DNA from: Acidobacteriota bacterium
GTDB lineage: Bacteria; Acidobacteriota; UBA6911; RPQK01; JAJDTT01
Length of the DNA stretch: 64,000 nucleotides
Assembly: GCA_965217775.1 (NCBI GenBank)
Contig: CBDCJH010000002.1
Coordinates: 1,984,001 to 2,048,000 of the forward strand
Direction: 5' to 3'
In this document: one piece after another, positions 9,228-19,825 of the stretch
Layout: every line of letters begins with the position of its first letter
Position numbering within the stretch: position 1 is the stretch's first letter
Program-made: the position numbers and the translations under genes
Notes under the pieces: model-generated
The model's input: the letters and a program-made list of their open reading frames with translations, nothing else
Told to the model about the DNA's origin: nothing
Databases searched by the model: none

Positions 9228-10849
9228 GCCGGTCGGGCCGCACAAGGCTGTGGCTGATTCTCCCCTTTGCCGGGTTGCTGTTGCTGACCTTCGTCCACTC
9301 CATGCAGACCCGCCGCAAGGCCCAGATCAGCGAGGATTATCCCCTTCCGCCTCCCCTGCCGGATCCCGGCCCCGACGCCGCCACGCTCCGACTGCGGATC
9401 GTCGACGGGCGGACCGGACGCCCGGTCAGCGCCACGGTCAGCATCAACGGAGGCACCCAGGAGCCCCAGGAGGGTCCTTATCTCCCCTACTCGCTACGCC
9501 GGACCAACGGAGAGCGGCAGGGGCCCATGCGCTTCCGGAAACTCGACGACTACTTCTTCACCGACGGCTCCGTCAAGGTCCGGGTCCCTCCCGGCCATTG
9601 TGTGGTGGAGGTCGGCAAGGGGTACGAGTACCAGCGGACCCGACGGGTCTTCCAGCTCAAGGAAAAGGAGGTCCGCCAAGCCACGATTGCCGTCTCCCCC
9701 TGGATCGACATGGCGGAGCTGGGCTGGTACGCGGGCGACACCCACATCCATTTCGAGCGGGACGGAAGCAACGACGATCAGTTGCTCGTGCTCACCTCCG
9801 CCAGGGGAATCCGCTATGCCTACAGCCTGTCCATGAACACGGGCGGGTATGCCCTGGGCCGGGAGTTCGAATCGTGGCGCCAAGCCCACGGTCTCGGACC
9901 GGCGTCCGACGTGAGGCGGGGAGACTATTTCCTGTCGTCGGGCCAGGAATACCGCAACTCCTCCATGGGACACGTCACCATCGTTCTGGCCAAAGATTAC
10001 GTGCCGGCCGAGGGATGGACCGCGAACGCCAACCTGGGACCTTCACTGGCCGTCATCGGCGATCAGGCCCGGGAACTGGGCGGCTACATGGGCCTCAATC
10101 ACGGCGGGTATTACCGACTGGAGGCCGACTATCTGGGCCTCACCGGCAAAGCGGACTTCCTGGAATTGCTGCAGTTGGGCGGGTACCGGGGACTGGGTCT
10201 GGACGGTTGGTACGATTTTCTGAACCTGGGGGTCCGCTGGCCCATCGTGGGCGCTTCCGACTTTCCCTACAGCCGAGAGTTGGGAGACACCCTGACTTAC
10301 GTCTTCTCGGAGACGGAACCGACGCCGCGCGGATTCATGGAGGGTGTGGTCCAGGGGCGCAGCTTCGTCACCAGTGGCCCCATGCTCCTGGTCTCGGTCA
10401 ACGGGAAGGGTCCCGGAGAATCGCTTCATTTCCCGGGCGGCCAGCCCGCCGGCCTGGAGTTGGAGATCCGGGTCCGGAGCCCGCTCTATCCGGTCCGGTA
10501 CCTGGAGATCGTGTGGAACGGAAGGGTCGTCTCCCGTTACTTCGACCCGGAAGGGCGAAGCGTCTGGGACCATGCCGAAAGGCTTCGGGTCACCGAGAGC
10601 GGTTGGGTGGCCGTGAGGGCCCAGGGAGATCCGGGCACCGAAGCGCACTCCAACCCGGTCTACGTCGATGTCGGCGGCCGGCTACCGTTCGACGACGACG
10701 CCTGCGGGCAGATTCTGGCGCGCCTGGAAGGGTCCATACGCTCGGCCATGACGCCCCGGATCCGGGACCGGTACCAGGACATCCACGCCCGATTGAAGCG
10801 CTATCGAGAAACCCGGGACGCCGATGGACTGGCCCTTCCCCCGCGTTGA
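9224..10849 (+). CDS. secreted or membrane-anchored CehA/McbA-like metallohydrolase, paralog 2
   Basis: Same motifs as the upstream gene with long identical peptide stretches; ATGA overlap. Confidence 0.8.
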   Translation: MSRSGRTRLWLILPFAGLLLLTFVHSMQTRRKAQISEDYPLPPPLPDPGPDAATLRLRIVDGRTGRPVSATVSINGGTQEPQEGPYLPYSLRRTNGERQGPMRFRKLDDYFFTDGSVKVRVPPGHCVVEVGKGYEYQRTRRVFQLKEKEVRQATIAVSPWIDMAELGWYAGDTHIHFERDGSNDDQLLVLTSARGIRYAYSLSMNTGGYALGREFESWRQAHGLGPASDVRRGDYFLSSGQEYRNSSMGHVTIVLAKDYVPAEGWTANANLGPSLAVIGDQARELGGYMGLNHGGYYRLEADYLGLTGKADFLELLQLGGYRGLGLDGWYDFLNLGVRWPIVGASDFPYSRELGDTLTYVFSETEPTPRGFMEGVVQGRSFVTSGPMLLVSVNGKGPGESLHFPGGQPAGLELEIRVRSPLYPVRYLEIVWNGRVVSRYFDPEGRSVWDHAERLRVTESGWVAVRAQGDPGTEAHSNPVYVDVGGRLPFDDDACGQILARLEGSIRSAMTPRIRDRYQDIHARLKRYRETRDADGLALPPR

Positions 10850-10880
10850 AGAGTACCTGATTCAAACCGTCGGCCGTTGC

Positions 10881-11564
10881 ATGAAACCGATGCACTCCTG
10901 GGATCTCACTCCAAAACAGGCAGTCCAACTTCAGAAGCGGCTTGGTCCCCGCATCCGCACCGATCTGCCCTTGCCTGACCCGGGAAGAATCGGCGGCGTG
11001 GACGTCGGTTACAGCCGCTCCCTCGGACTCTCCGTCGCCACCGTCGTGGTCCTTGCATTCCCCTCCCTGGAACTTGTGGAATCGGCGGTGGCCACGACTC
11101 CCACGCCATTTCCGTACGTCCCGGGATTGCTGAGCTTTCGGGAGCTGCCCCCGATTCTGGAGGCCCTGGACCGGCTCTCGGCAGCGCCGGAGATGATCCT
11201 GGTGGACGGTCACGGACAGGCCCATCCGCGGCGATTCGGCATCGCCTGCCACCTGGGCCTGTGGCTGCGGATTCCGACCATCGGCGTGGGCAAGACCCGC
11301 CTCTGCGGAGAATACGAGGAGCCGGGATTGACCAAGGGATCGCTCACTCCCCTGCTGGACGGGTCCGAACTGCTGGGCATGGTCCTGCGCACCCGCACCC
11401 GGGTCCGGCCCGTCTTCGTCTCGGTGGGATACGGGCTGCCCCTGGAAGCCTGTGTGAATTGGACCCTGGCCGTCACTCCCCGTTACCGAATTCCCGAACC
11501 GATCCGCCAAGCCCACAACTTGGCGGCCCGATGGACCGGGAACCGGCGACGCTCTCCCGTATAA
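10881..11564 (+). CDS. nfi: endonuclease V
   Basis: HSWDLTPKQAVQLQ, GGVDVGY, FPYVPGLLSFRE, LVDGHGQAHPRRFGIACHLG, PVFVSVG, YRIPEPIRQAH. Confidence 0.95.
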   Translation: MKPMHSWDLTPKQAVQLQKRLGPRIRTDLPLPDPGRIGGVDVGYSRSLGLSVATVVVLAFPSLELVESAVATTPTPFPYVPGLLSFRELPPILEALDRLSAAPEMILVDGHGQAHPRRFGIACHLGLWLRIPTIGVGKTRLCGEYEEPGLTKGSLTPLLDGSELLGMVLRTRTRVRPVFVSVGYGLPLEACVNWTLAVTPRYRIPEPIRQAHNLAARWTGNRRRSPV

Positions 11565-12838
11565 TGAACTCCGTGCCCGATCAAGAGCGGACCAAATCTG
11601 CCCTGCCTTCCGTGGGGCTCCACCGTCCTTCCGAGCTGATCTACCGAGCCTGCTATGCTCCGGTGGACTTGGCCGGCCTGCTGGAGACGGCGGAGACGCG
11701 TTCCCGGATTCGGCGCCTGTCCGTACCGCAGATCTACTTCGGACTCAAGGAGCTGGGCGAGCACCAGATCCAGGCGCTGCTGCCCCACATCACCGAGACG
11801 CAATGGCAGGGGGTTCTGGATCTGGACCTCTGGAACCGGGACCGGGCCAACGCGGGTAAGTTTCTCTTCTGGGCGGGGCAGATCATCCAGGCAGAAAACC
11901 CGGTGGCCGCAAAGATCGTCCGGGGCACGGACCGCCAACTCCTGGAACTCTGGCTCAAACGCCGGATCAGGATCGAGGAGATCGTCGAGGACGATCCGGG
12001 ACCCGCTCCGAAAGGCGACTTCATGGAGACGCCGGACCGCGCCTATCTGGTCCATCTGCCCAATAATCCGGACGAATCCCGGCTCGCCCGCGGCCTGCTG
12101 TTGAAGCTGTACGAGTTGGGCCCGGAGGAGACCCAACTCTGGATCCAGGAATCCCGGTACCGGACCTCCATCGAGTTGGAGGAGGCCGCCTACCAGAATC
12201 GGAAACGGCGGATCGAGGAAATGGGTTTCCAGGACTACTTCGACGCCCTGGACGTGTACACCTATCTGCCTCAGGGAACCCCGCTGCCGGAGAAAATACG
12301 GGACAAATTGCGAGCCGTCGGCACCCTTCCCGCGCCATTCGCCCGGATGAAGTCGGGTCCCCTTCTCCTGTTCCAGGCCCTGGCCGCCTTCGCCCGGCCC
12401 CACGAGCTGGAACCGCTGATGGAGGAGCTGTTCTTCGTCTGCAACAAGATCCTCTCCGCCGACCGGACGCCTCCCAACCGAACCTCCCGGGTGAAACGGG
12501 CCATTCGCAAGGCGCTCAGCGGCATCAACCTGGGACTGGAAGTCTGGGCCAAAGGAGACTTGAACCGGGCCCGGGACGGACTCAGGCGCCACTACCTGCA
12601 GTCCTTCTTCCACACCGGCTACAGCCGCTTGGTGGAACTGCGCGACCGGGCCCGAGAGATTCGAGCGCAGGTCCCCCTCGAACCCGGGTCACCGCTGGAT
12701 GACGCACTGGGGGAACTGTCCCGGGACTATCCGCTCCTGCTGGTGGAGATCCGGGAAAAAAGACGGCGGCGATTCCTCAAGAACACGCCGGACCTGGATC
12801 GAGCGAATCGCTACCTGAAGGCGGCCCAAGAGGCGTAG
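11564..12838 (+). CDS. conserved hypothetical protein, DUF6178-like
   Basis: LDLDLW..D, ELEEAAYQNRKRRIEEMGF.DYFDAL.VY, NKILSAD, INLGLE, FHTGY; TAATG coupling to nfi. Confidence 0.65.
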   Translation: MNSVPDQERTKSALPSVGLHRPSELIYRACYAPVDLAGLLETAETRSRIRRLSVPQIYFGLKELGEHQIQALLPHITETQWQGVLDLDLWNRDRANAGKFLFWAGQIIQAENPVAAKIVRGTDRQLLELWLKRRIRIEEIVEDDPGPAPKGDFMETPDRAYLVHLPNNPDESRLARGLLLKLYELGPEETQLWIQESRYRTSIELEEAAYQNRKRRIEEMGFQDYFDALDVYTYLPQGTPLPEKIRDKLRAVGTLPAPFARMKSGPLLLFQALAAFARPHELEPLMEELFFVCNKILSADRTPPNRTSRVKRAIRKALSGINLGLEVWAKGDLNRARDGLRRHYLQSFFHTGYSRLVELRDRAREIRAQVPLEPGSPLDDALGELSRDYPLLLVEIREKRRRRFLKNTPDLDRANRYLKAAQEA

Positions 12839-12860
12839 GGGCTCCCCTCGTGGGCACCCT
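12835..12860 (+). repeat. degenerate GTAG-type REP
   Basis: GTAGGGGCTCCCCTCGTGGGCACCCT; its TAG is the stop codon of the preceding gene. Confidence 0.65.
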
Positions 12861-13116
12861 CTTGTCGTCCGAAGAGCCTGCGCAGTGGAAGATCTGTAGA
12901 GCAACGTGAGCTGTTGATCCTCGCTCTTCCGGATGGCCCCAAGATCAGCGATACGTTTCAACCGTTCGAGTGAGGAGCCAGGGTGCTCGATTTTCCCCTG
13001 AGAAACTGGAATCCTTTCGGACTATGTCGTTAAGTGTGTCCCGAATGCGACGTTGGCCGCCAGGGCGTGGCTAAGGCGACATCAGTAAAACATCCTTCCG
13101 ATTGAGGGGATCGACC

Positions 13117-14232
13117 ATGCATCATTCGATAAGAAGCGTCGCCCGGAATGCCGACGCCCTGGCCGCAGTCTGGAGCGGTGGCGCACGGACCGATCTTCCC
13201 TACCTCTGGCTGCGCGACAATTGCGGTTGCAGCGAGTGCCGCGTCGTGCAGACCTCGGAGAAGCGGTTCCACATCTTCCGGGTCGCCGGGGACCTGAGAC
13301 CGCTACAGTTCAGCATCGAACGCGCCGGATCCGAGGACGAGGCGATCTCGATCGTTTGGCCGGACGGGCACCGCACCCGCTACCGGTCGAGCGAGATCCA
13401 CGGCCATTTGAGCCAGCCTCGTTTCGACCTGCGCTACTGGGATTGCCGGTTCCAACCGCGGCAGTTCGACTATCGGCGGTTCCTGGCGAGCGACAGCAAA
13501 GCGGCGGAGCTGATCGAGGAGTTTCTGCGGACCGGGGTCTGCCTGCTGGTCGACGCCCCTACCGACCCCGATTCTTCGGAGCAGCTCGCGACCCGTTTGG
13601 GCCCGATCCGCGAGGTCGTGTTCGAGCGCATCCACAACGTCGTGGTCGACCCAAAGGGATACAGCATCGCGCACACGGATCTGGCGATCGCACCGCATAA
13701 CGACTTTACCGGCTACACCTGGCCGCCGAGCGTGCAGGTGCTGCACATGCTGGTGAACGAGTGCGAAGGCGGCGCATCTCTCGTCGTGGACGGCTTCGGC
13801 GTGCTCAACGAGCTACGCAACGATCACCCCGACAAGTTCGACGTGCTTTGTGCGGTGCCGGTGCCTTTCCGCCTCTTCAGCGAGGAATACGAGAGCTACG
13901 CGGCCAACCCCCTTGTCGAGCTGGACAGCGACGGCGACGTCAGGTTGTTGCGCTTCAACACCCAGCAGATGCAGGTCATTCCCCTCTCGGAACCTCGGCT
14001 GGCCGACTTCTACGCCGCCTACCACGAGCTGTCCAAGCGCATCAATGCCGCCAGCGCCCAGGTTTCCGTCCGATTGGAGGGCGGGCAGATTCTGCTGGCC
14101 GCCGGGCACCGGGTGCTGCACGGTCGCACCGCGTTGCGCTCGATCGGGCAGCGCCACCTGCAGGACGCCTACTTCGAGCACGACAACGTGCGCAACCACC
14201 TGAGGCTGCTGCGCCGCACCGGCCGAGTTTGA
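13117..14232 (+). CDS. gamma-butyrobetaine hydroxylase-like Fe(II)/2-OG dioxygenase (TauD/TfdA family)
   Basis: WLRDNCGCSEC and WPDGH Zn-binding N-domain, HND, RVLHGR. Confidence 0.88.
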   Translation: MHHSIRSVARNADALAAVWSGGARTDLPYLWLRDNCGCSECRVVQTSEKRFHIFRVAGDLRPLQFSIERAGSEDEAISIVWPDGHRTRYRSSEIHGHLSQPRFDLRYWDCRFQPRQFDYRRFLASDSKAAELIEEFLRTGVCLLVDAPTDPDSSEQLATRLGPIREVVFERIHNVVVDPKGYSIAHTDLAIAPHNDFTGYTWPPSVQVLHMLVNECEGGASLVVDGFGVLNELRNDHPDKFDVLCAVPVPFRLFSEEYESYAANPLVELDSDGDVRLLRFNTQQMQVIPLSEPRLADFYAAYHELSKRINAASAQVSVRLEGGQILLAAGHRVLHGRTALRSIGQRHLQDAYFEHDNVRNHLRLLRRTGRV

Positions 14233-14299
14233 AGGCCGCAAATCCGCGCCGTCGGACGGACAGCCTGTCGAATCTGGCCGTTTCTTGCCGCGGACAGGT

Positions 14300-14600
14300 C
14301 AACTCTTCTACCGTGTTTTTGCGGCGCAGACTCGGGAAGCTCGTCCAAAAACCGGCTGGCCAAGCCGCGGGTCACCTGGTGCAACTCCAGCCCCTCATCC
14401 TTGCGCCGGGCGAGGAACCGCCCCACCTGGTGGGCGTAGGCGGTCCGGGTGTGGGGATTGGAGAGCCGGACGGAGAAGAACTCATCGGCCGCGAAGCAGG
14501 CCGCCTTCCCGGCTCTCACGAGAACGGCCGGGAAGGCCCCTTCGAGGTCATTTTTGGAGAGCGAATCTTCGGTTTTCGGGAGGAGTTCCAAGTCCGCCAT
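14300..14600 (-). pseudogene. 5' remnant of a tyrosine recombinase paralogous to 19826-20806
   Basis: AFPAVLVRAGKAACFAADEFFSVRLSNPHTRTAYA aligns with the intact copy; similarity is lost after ~95 aa and no catalytic domain remains. Confidence 0.85.
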
Positions 14601-14604
14601 TAAA

Positions 14605-14632
14605 GATACGCATAATATACTTTATCGTAATC
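14605..14632. promoter_or_regulatory. dif-like 11-6-11 tyrosine recombinase core site
   Basis: GATACGCATAA-TATACT-TTATCGTAATC, 4 nt upstream of the remnant recombinase ATG. Confidence 0.7.
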
Positions 14633-14775
14633 TAAAGCAGACCTCTGACTCCCCATTCTCTGCGACGGACTGGCGTTTTTCCCGCCCCTTCTGTCCCAAT
14701 CCGGTGAGCCCTTGCCGGCAGAAAAATCACATTTTCCATTGTCAGGACGATCCAAACCATGAGGGGGTACACGCC

Positions 14776-15361
14776 ATGAGAAGTCGTACGAGCAAGAATC
14801 GAGGATGGCTCAGGATGACCACAGCGATGGGGGTGATCCCCTTGCTGCTAACGCAAGTTACAACCAATCTAATCTGTGTTCCCCGGGCATCGAAGTTCGG
14901 ATCGGCGAACTACCGAAAAAATGGTGTGGGAGCAACTTCCTGCCTTTCTTGATGAAGAGAAGAAGGTCACTGTTGTGCTCGCCGAGGGGGGTGCCGTCCG
15001 GGGCGAGGTGGTCGGAGTTCCCGACAACGGCATCCATCTGGGTCGTGTCTCGATGACTACCAACGGGTGGCTCTACCCGACGGGTTCGGACGCTCTGATC
15101 CCCAGATCCTCAGTCAAAGAAATCCGCGTGGAGAAACGCGGGGGGCTTAATCGCATCGGGGGAGCTGTTCTGGGCGGAGCCGGCGCGATGCTTCTTTCTT
15201 GGTTGGCACTTGCCCCGGCCAAACTGGATAGTGATTCCGCGAGAGACTCGAATATATTCTGGGCCACCTCGATTGGTGTTTCAGTTGGGGGTGCTGTTCT
15301 CGGCTACCGGATGGGCAAACGCGCGGATGTCGAGACCACCATCATCATGATCGTGGACTGA
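14776..15361 (+). pseudogene. frameshifted exported or membrane hypothetical protein
   Basis: GAGGGGG RBS and signal-like MRSRTSK..GVIPLLLTQ in one frame; the body (VTVVLAEGGAVRGEVV..SVKEIRVEK, Gly-rich TMs) is in the +1 frame from ~14876. Confidence 0.5.
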
Positions 15362-15564
15362 TTCCCCGATGTGTCGGGAATAGCTCGGAAGACGACCGCT
15401 TCCTGGAACCCCTCAGCAAACTGAAAACGACGATCCTCTGGAGAACCTCCGTTAACTGAAATTAACGGACCTTCTCTAGAAAAAGGGAGGATGTTGGGGT
15501 TTCGTCGTTGGCTGACCACTCCCGACGGACGGCGACCGTCACAATAACAGGCAGGAATCTAATC

Positions 15565-17220
15565 CTAGTTCTCATCCGGAAAGCCGTAAGTTATTGGGAA
15601 ATAAGGACTAAGGAGGAATTTTCAAGCCCCGATTTTGTCATAGTCGTTTGGTAGTCTATTGGTGCTAAATAAAAGCAACCAAATGACTTACACAAAACCG
15701 GGGGCTTGAACAATGCGTCGAAAACGGGAAAACCAGCTTCCGCTCTCCGGGCTCTGGCCCGGTCACCGACTCGCCCAGGAACTGAAAGCTGTTTCCAAGA
15801 TCTTGGATGACAACCCCTCGATCCTGGATCTGGTTCTACACGATCTGTGTGACACCGCCGGTTCAGGCCAGGGGGCTCCGGGTCTCTCCGCAGAGCAGGT
15901 CCTGCGCGCGGCCATCCTCAAGAACTGGCATCAGCTGCCCTACACCAAGTTGGCGTTCCTCTTGAGCGACTCTCAGAGCTTTCGTCGCTTCGCTCGACTC
16001 CCTTGGCAATGGACCCCCAGTGCCTCCTGCCTCCAGGACAACATCAGCCGGATTCAAGCCGGAACCTGGCAGCAGATCAACCGGCTCCTGGTGCAATGGG
16101 CGGAGGGCCAGGGACTGGAACGGGGACGGAAGATCCGAGCCGATGCCACGGCTGTGGAAAGCCCCATCCCCTATCCGCGGGATTCCCAGATGTTGTCCGA
16201 CTCGGTTCGAGTCCTCACCCGCTGGCTGCGCCGCTTGGCCCGACCTCACAAGATCGTCTTTTCGGATCACCGGCGCCGGGCCAAGCGACGCTGTTGCGAA
16301 CATCGCCAACCACCGGGGCAAGCGTCGTCTGCGAGCCTATCGGGATCTGTTGAAGGTCGCTCGCAAGACCGCTCATTACGCCAAGAGGGCGCTGCGGCAA
16401 GCGGATCGGTTCACCGACCTGCCCAGTCTGGTCATCGCCGGTCAACTGCGCCATTACTTGGATTTAACGAAGAAGATCATCGACCAGACCGAGCGGCGGG
16501 TGCTGCGGGGAGAGACGGTTCCGGCCGCCGAGAAAGTCCTCTCCTTGTTTGAGGAGCACACCGACATCATCAAAAAGAAGCGCCGGGAAACGGTCTTCGG
16601 GCACAAGCTGTTTCTGACCGGCGGCGTCTCCGGCCTGATGCTGGATACTGAGGTGGTGCGGGGGAACCCTAACGATGCCGGTCAGTTCCAGCCCTGGATG
16701 CGGCGCCAGTATGATCTGTACGGCCGTTGGCCTCGACAGGTCAGTTGTGACGGATGCTTTGCCAGCCGCTCCAATCTGGAGTGGGCCAAAAAGCAAGGCG
16801 TCCAGGATGTCGCCTTTGCCAAGAAACGCGGACTGAAGGTCCCTGAGATGGTGCGCTCCAGTTGGGTCTACCGGCAACTGCGACGCTTCCGGGCCGGCAT
16901 CGAAGGGTGCATCTCGTGGCTCAAGCGAGTGTTCGGACTCGGACGCTGCACCTGGAAGGGCTGGCCCCACTTCCAGCAATATGTGTACCTCTCGATCATC
17001 AGCTTCAACCTGCTGGTTCTGGCCCGCCTGCTGCTGTAAGCGCAGCTTGAATCCATTGCCGACGCCCCGTCAGGGACTCGTGTCTTCAAAATCCGGGATC
17101 GGCTCTCAACGGACTTGAATTTCCTGCTTTCGGCCCCCATCGAGCCGGTTTATTGCAGTTTCTCCGGCCTTCCTCGGGCTACCCAATCCCCCAAAACCCG
17201 ACTTTCTGGATGAGAACTAG
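15565..17220 (+). mobile_element. ISNCY-type (IS4/IS5-like DDE) insertion sequence
   Basis: Ends CTAGTTCTCATCCGGAAAG / CTTTCTGGATGAGAACTAG (1 mismatch), CTAG on both sides, internal transposase. Confidence 0.88.
15713..17039 (+). pseudogene. DDE transposase split by a frameshift near 16295
   Basis: N-half GLSAEQVLRAAILK..RADATAVESPI.YP.DS; C-half EKVLSLFEEHTDII, FGHKL, DGCFAS, RFRAGIEGCISWLKR in the +1 frame. Confidence 0.85.
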
Positions 17221-17978
17221 CTATCGATTCGGCCGGCAATTTCTACATTGGTGCCTCGCCTGCATCTGTTTGGAAAATGACACCAGGTCCAGGGTCGAGT
17301 ACGCTGGATTTTGCACATTTCGCCAACGGTTCCTCCATCACATCCGATTTGGTGTTGGTGAACGTGGCCACGCAGCCGATCCGTCCGTTGATCTACTTTT
17401 ATGACAAGGGGGGCCACCGCATTGATCCGGCATCGGTGGTTGATGCAGGTGGAAATCTCCAGATTCTGGACGGTGAAGCCCTGACCATTCAGACGGGAGT
17501 GGCCCCTCTGGGAGAGTCTGTGATTTCGACCCATGGCCGGGGGGAGATAGTAACCGGATCAGTGAGAGTAATAGCCGATGGACCCATTGGCGGAGTCCTG
17601 CGCTTTGATCTGGCGGGGGTTGGAGTTGCTGGAGTTGGAGCCAGCCAATCCGTCCGGGACGCCATCTTCCCGGCTCGCCGGCAAGTAGGCGGGATTAACA
17701 CTGGAACGGCGATCCGAAATCTGACCGAGACGGAGATGAGGGTCACGTGCCGATTGATGCAACATGGCACCGTGCTGGAAGAGACGGAAATCCCATTAGC
17801 CACCAGCGGTCAGGAGGCCCGGTTCATCGAAGAGATGTTCACCCGAACTGATACGTCTGACTTCATGGGGTCGGTGCGCTGCACTGCACCGGGAGAGGGG
17901 ATGTTCACCGGAGTAGCCTTGGAGATGGACGCCGGACGCGGCATCTTCACCACCCTGCCGATCGTGCCGGTCAAGTAG
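17221..17978 (+). pseudogene. 3' part of an NHL-repeat exported protein truncated by the IS
   Basis: The frame is open from the IS end: (L)AIDSAGNFYIG (NHL-like), then the beta-rich domain STLDFAHFANG..FTTLPIVPVK. Confidence 0.65.
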
Positions 17979-18856
17979 TGACGACTTGAGATCGTTGGAG
18001 CCTGCGCCATCGAAGATCTGTGGGACGAGTCAGGCGGTTGACCCTGGCTTTCTCCTCCCGCCCCGCCAACTCCGCCAGCCGCTTCGCCGCCGGCGAAAAC
18101 CCGCCCCAGCGCTGGAATGTTGCCGACGGATATGAGGGAGTGGACCTGCTTCAACTCGTCGACCGTCAGCGGCACGGGCGGCTCCGGCGGCCGTTCGCCC
18201 TCGGCCCGTTCCCAGAGCTTCAATATGCTGCGGTCGGCCCGCTCGCCCCTTCCCGCGTCCCTCACGACGGCGACGATTTCCAGATGGCAAAGGGGATCCG
18301 GCCGGCCACAAAAGGGAGAGATCTGGACCCCTGCAGGGCCGGATGGCCTCGCACGAGGGCCTTAGAGCGTTTGGCCGTGAGGCTAAAGCGCCCGGTGTTG
18401 GCGCTCGAATCTCCTCTGGGGCCGATTTCGGCCGATCCTGCGAAAAAAGACGCTCGTAGCCAGCCTATGTTGGCCTGAAAGGCGACGGTCAAGGGTAAGG
18501 CATAGGCTCCCGGCCACCGTCCAGGCTTCGCCTGCGGTGCGGCCGGCAGCGGGGATCTCTTCATTCCGCAGCGCCCGGATTTGGACTCAGGGGAAGGATT
18601 ACCCTCGAGGGATCCTTAAATCCGGAGCTCTGGCTCTGGGAACGCGGGTCGCTGCAGGGCAGCCCCCGCCTAGGTTCGCTGTATTCGAGGGGGTTTGAGA
18701 GGCTCGAGAGAGGGCGTCAGTCAAGGTTCTTCACGATTCCCACCGGGAAAGTTCCCCGGCGGGAGCGATCGAGCGGGCCGTCCATCCAATCTGATGCAAA
18801 ATAGGCCACACTTGATGTTCGGACTCATCACGCAGTTTAGTGGTTGACTAGAACAG

Positions 18857-19303
18857 TTAGAGTCCCCTCTGCCGAGGAAGCTCCCCTAATACGCCCAGAA
18901 TCATCTTTCCAGTCAAGCCGGCCTGAAACCATTCTCCATTCTTGCAGGCCCTATTGTATTCGCGGAAGGCGTCTCCTAGAGGGCCCGGCGGCGGGTCGGC
19001 GTCTTTAAGAACTTTCTGCATAACGTGGCGCTCCTCAGACGTGAACGACTTATAGAATGCGCGGATAATAATCGCCCCCGCAGTGCATAATGAGGATTCT
19101 ACGCCTATGATCTCCTTTCCGCTGAGATAAGATATTAATGCGCCGATTGCAACCACTTCAGGATTCGGAAGATTCGAAAAAATTTCATTCTTGAGTACTT
19201 CGCTGTCAAAACGGAATGATACCTCACGGACGATTCTGAGTTCGTGAGTTTCCAGGTTGATGACAGAATCTCTGGCCGACTTCCCTTCACACTCATAATC
19301 CAT
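18857..19303 (-). CDS. hypothetical protein in an AT-richer patch
   Basis: 148-aa ORF, GAGGA upstream, base composition visibly unlike the flanks; no recognised motif. Confidence 0.55.
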   Translation of the reverse strand: MDYECEGKSARDSVINLETHELRIVREVSFRFDSEVLKNEIFSNLPNPEVVAIGALISYLSGKEIIGVESSLCTAGAIIIRAFYKSFTSEERHVMQKVLKDADPPPGPLGDAFREYNRACKNGEWFQAGLTGKMILGVLGELPRQRGL

Positions 19304-19460
19304 TGTTGATCCTCTAGTTGCGGTAAGCGTTTCGCTCCTGTTTTTCTCAAATGCGCCTTATAGGATGACTCTCTGCATAGAAAGTCGCCCCCGTTCTTCT
19401 TAGCCAGCCGCAGGCGATACTAGCGGCGGCGGTCGTAGATCTGATGGTGCAGGGGTGAGC

Positions 19461-19724
19461 ATGTCCGGCTAGGTACTGGACGTCCTCAGGCGGCAAGTTC
19501 TAGTGGTTATTTTTGCTCTGATTATTTTTCAAGGTTGGTACATTGTCTATAAGATGGAACGTCGACTTGACCAGGCGTCTAAAGGCCCCTCCCATCTGGG
19601 CGAGAGAGTTGCTCGGATCGAAGGAGTCTTGTCTCGTGGAACCGCGCGGCCCATCCACATATCTGAACAGCCAGATGACCCCAGCATTTTGAGTGTGCAA
19701 CAACATGCTGGGGAGTCCGAATGA
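19461..19724 (+). pseudogene. small TM plus coiled-coil protein with an early stop
   Basis: ATG TCC GGC TAG in frame with VVIFALIIFQGWYIV...LGERVARIEGVL. Confidence 0.35.
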
Positions 19725-19825
19725 GCGCAGAGTTGGGGAGACTACTACGGAAGGGTGCTTGTAGCTCCCGGTGGTTCTAGTCTGCCGAACCTCTCGCGGC
19801 CGGCGATGTTTGCCCAGTTTGCGCC

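Noticed and set aside
14318-14334. TGCGGCGCAGACTC as an IS1182/MITE end truncating the integrase remnant
   Set aside because: The same bases encode LPESAP, which aligns with LPVSAA of the intact integrase, so coincidence is sufficient.
14605-14632. Chromosomal dif site
   Set aside because: The right arm departs from the XerD consensus TTATGTTAAAT, and an equivalent site precedes the paralogous recombinase.
16285-16305. Programmed frameshift in the ISNCY transposase
   Set aside because: The shift is +1 with no slippery heptamer; mutation or sequencing error is more likely.
18570-18770. Hairpins CCGGATTT..AAATCCGG and TCCCACCGGG..CCCGGCGGGA as an ncRNA
   Set aside because: No promoter, terminator or second copy; such stems are expected by chance at this GC content.
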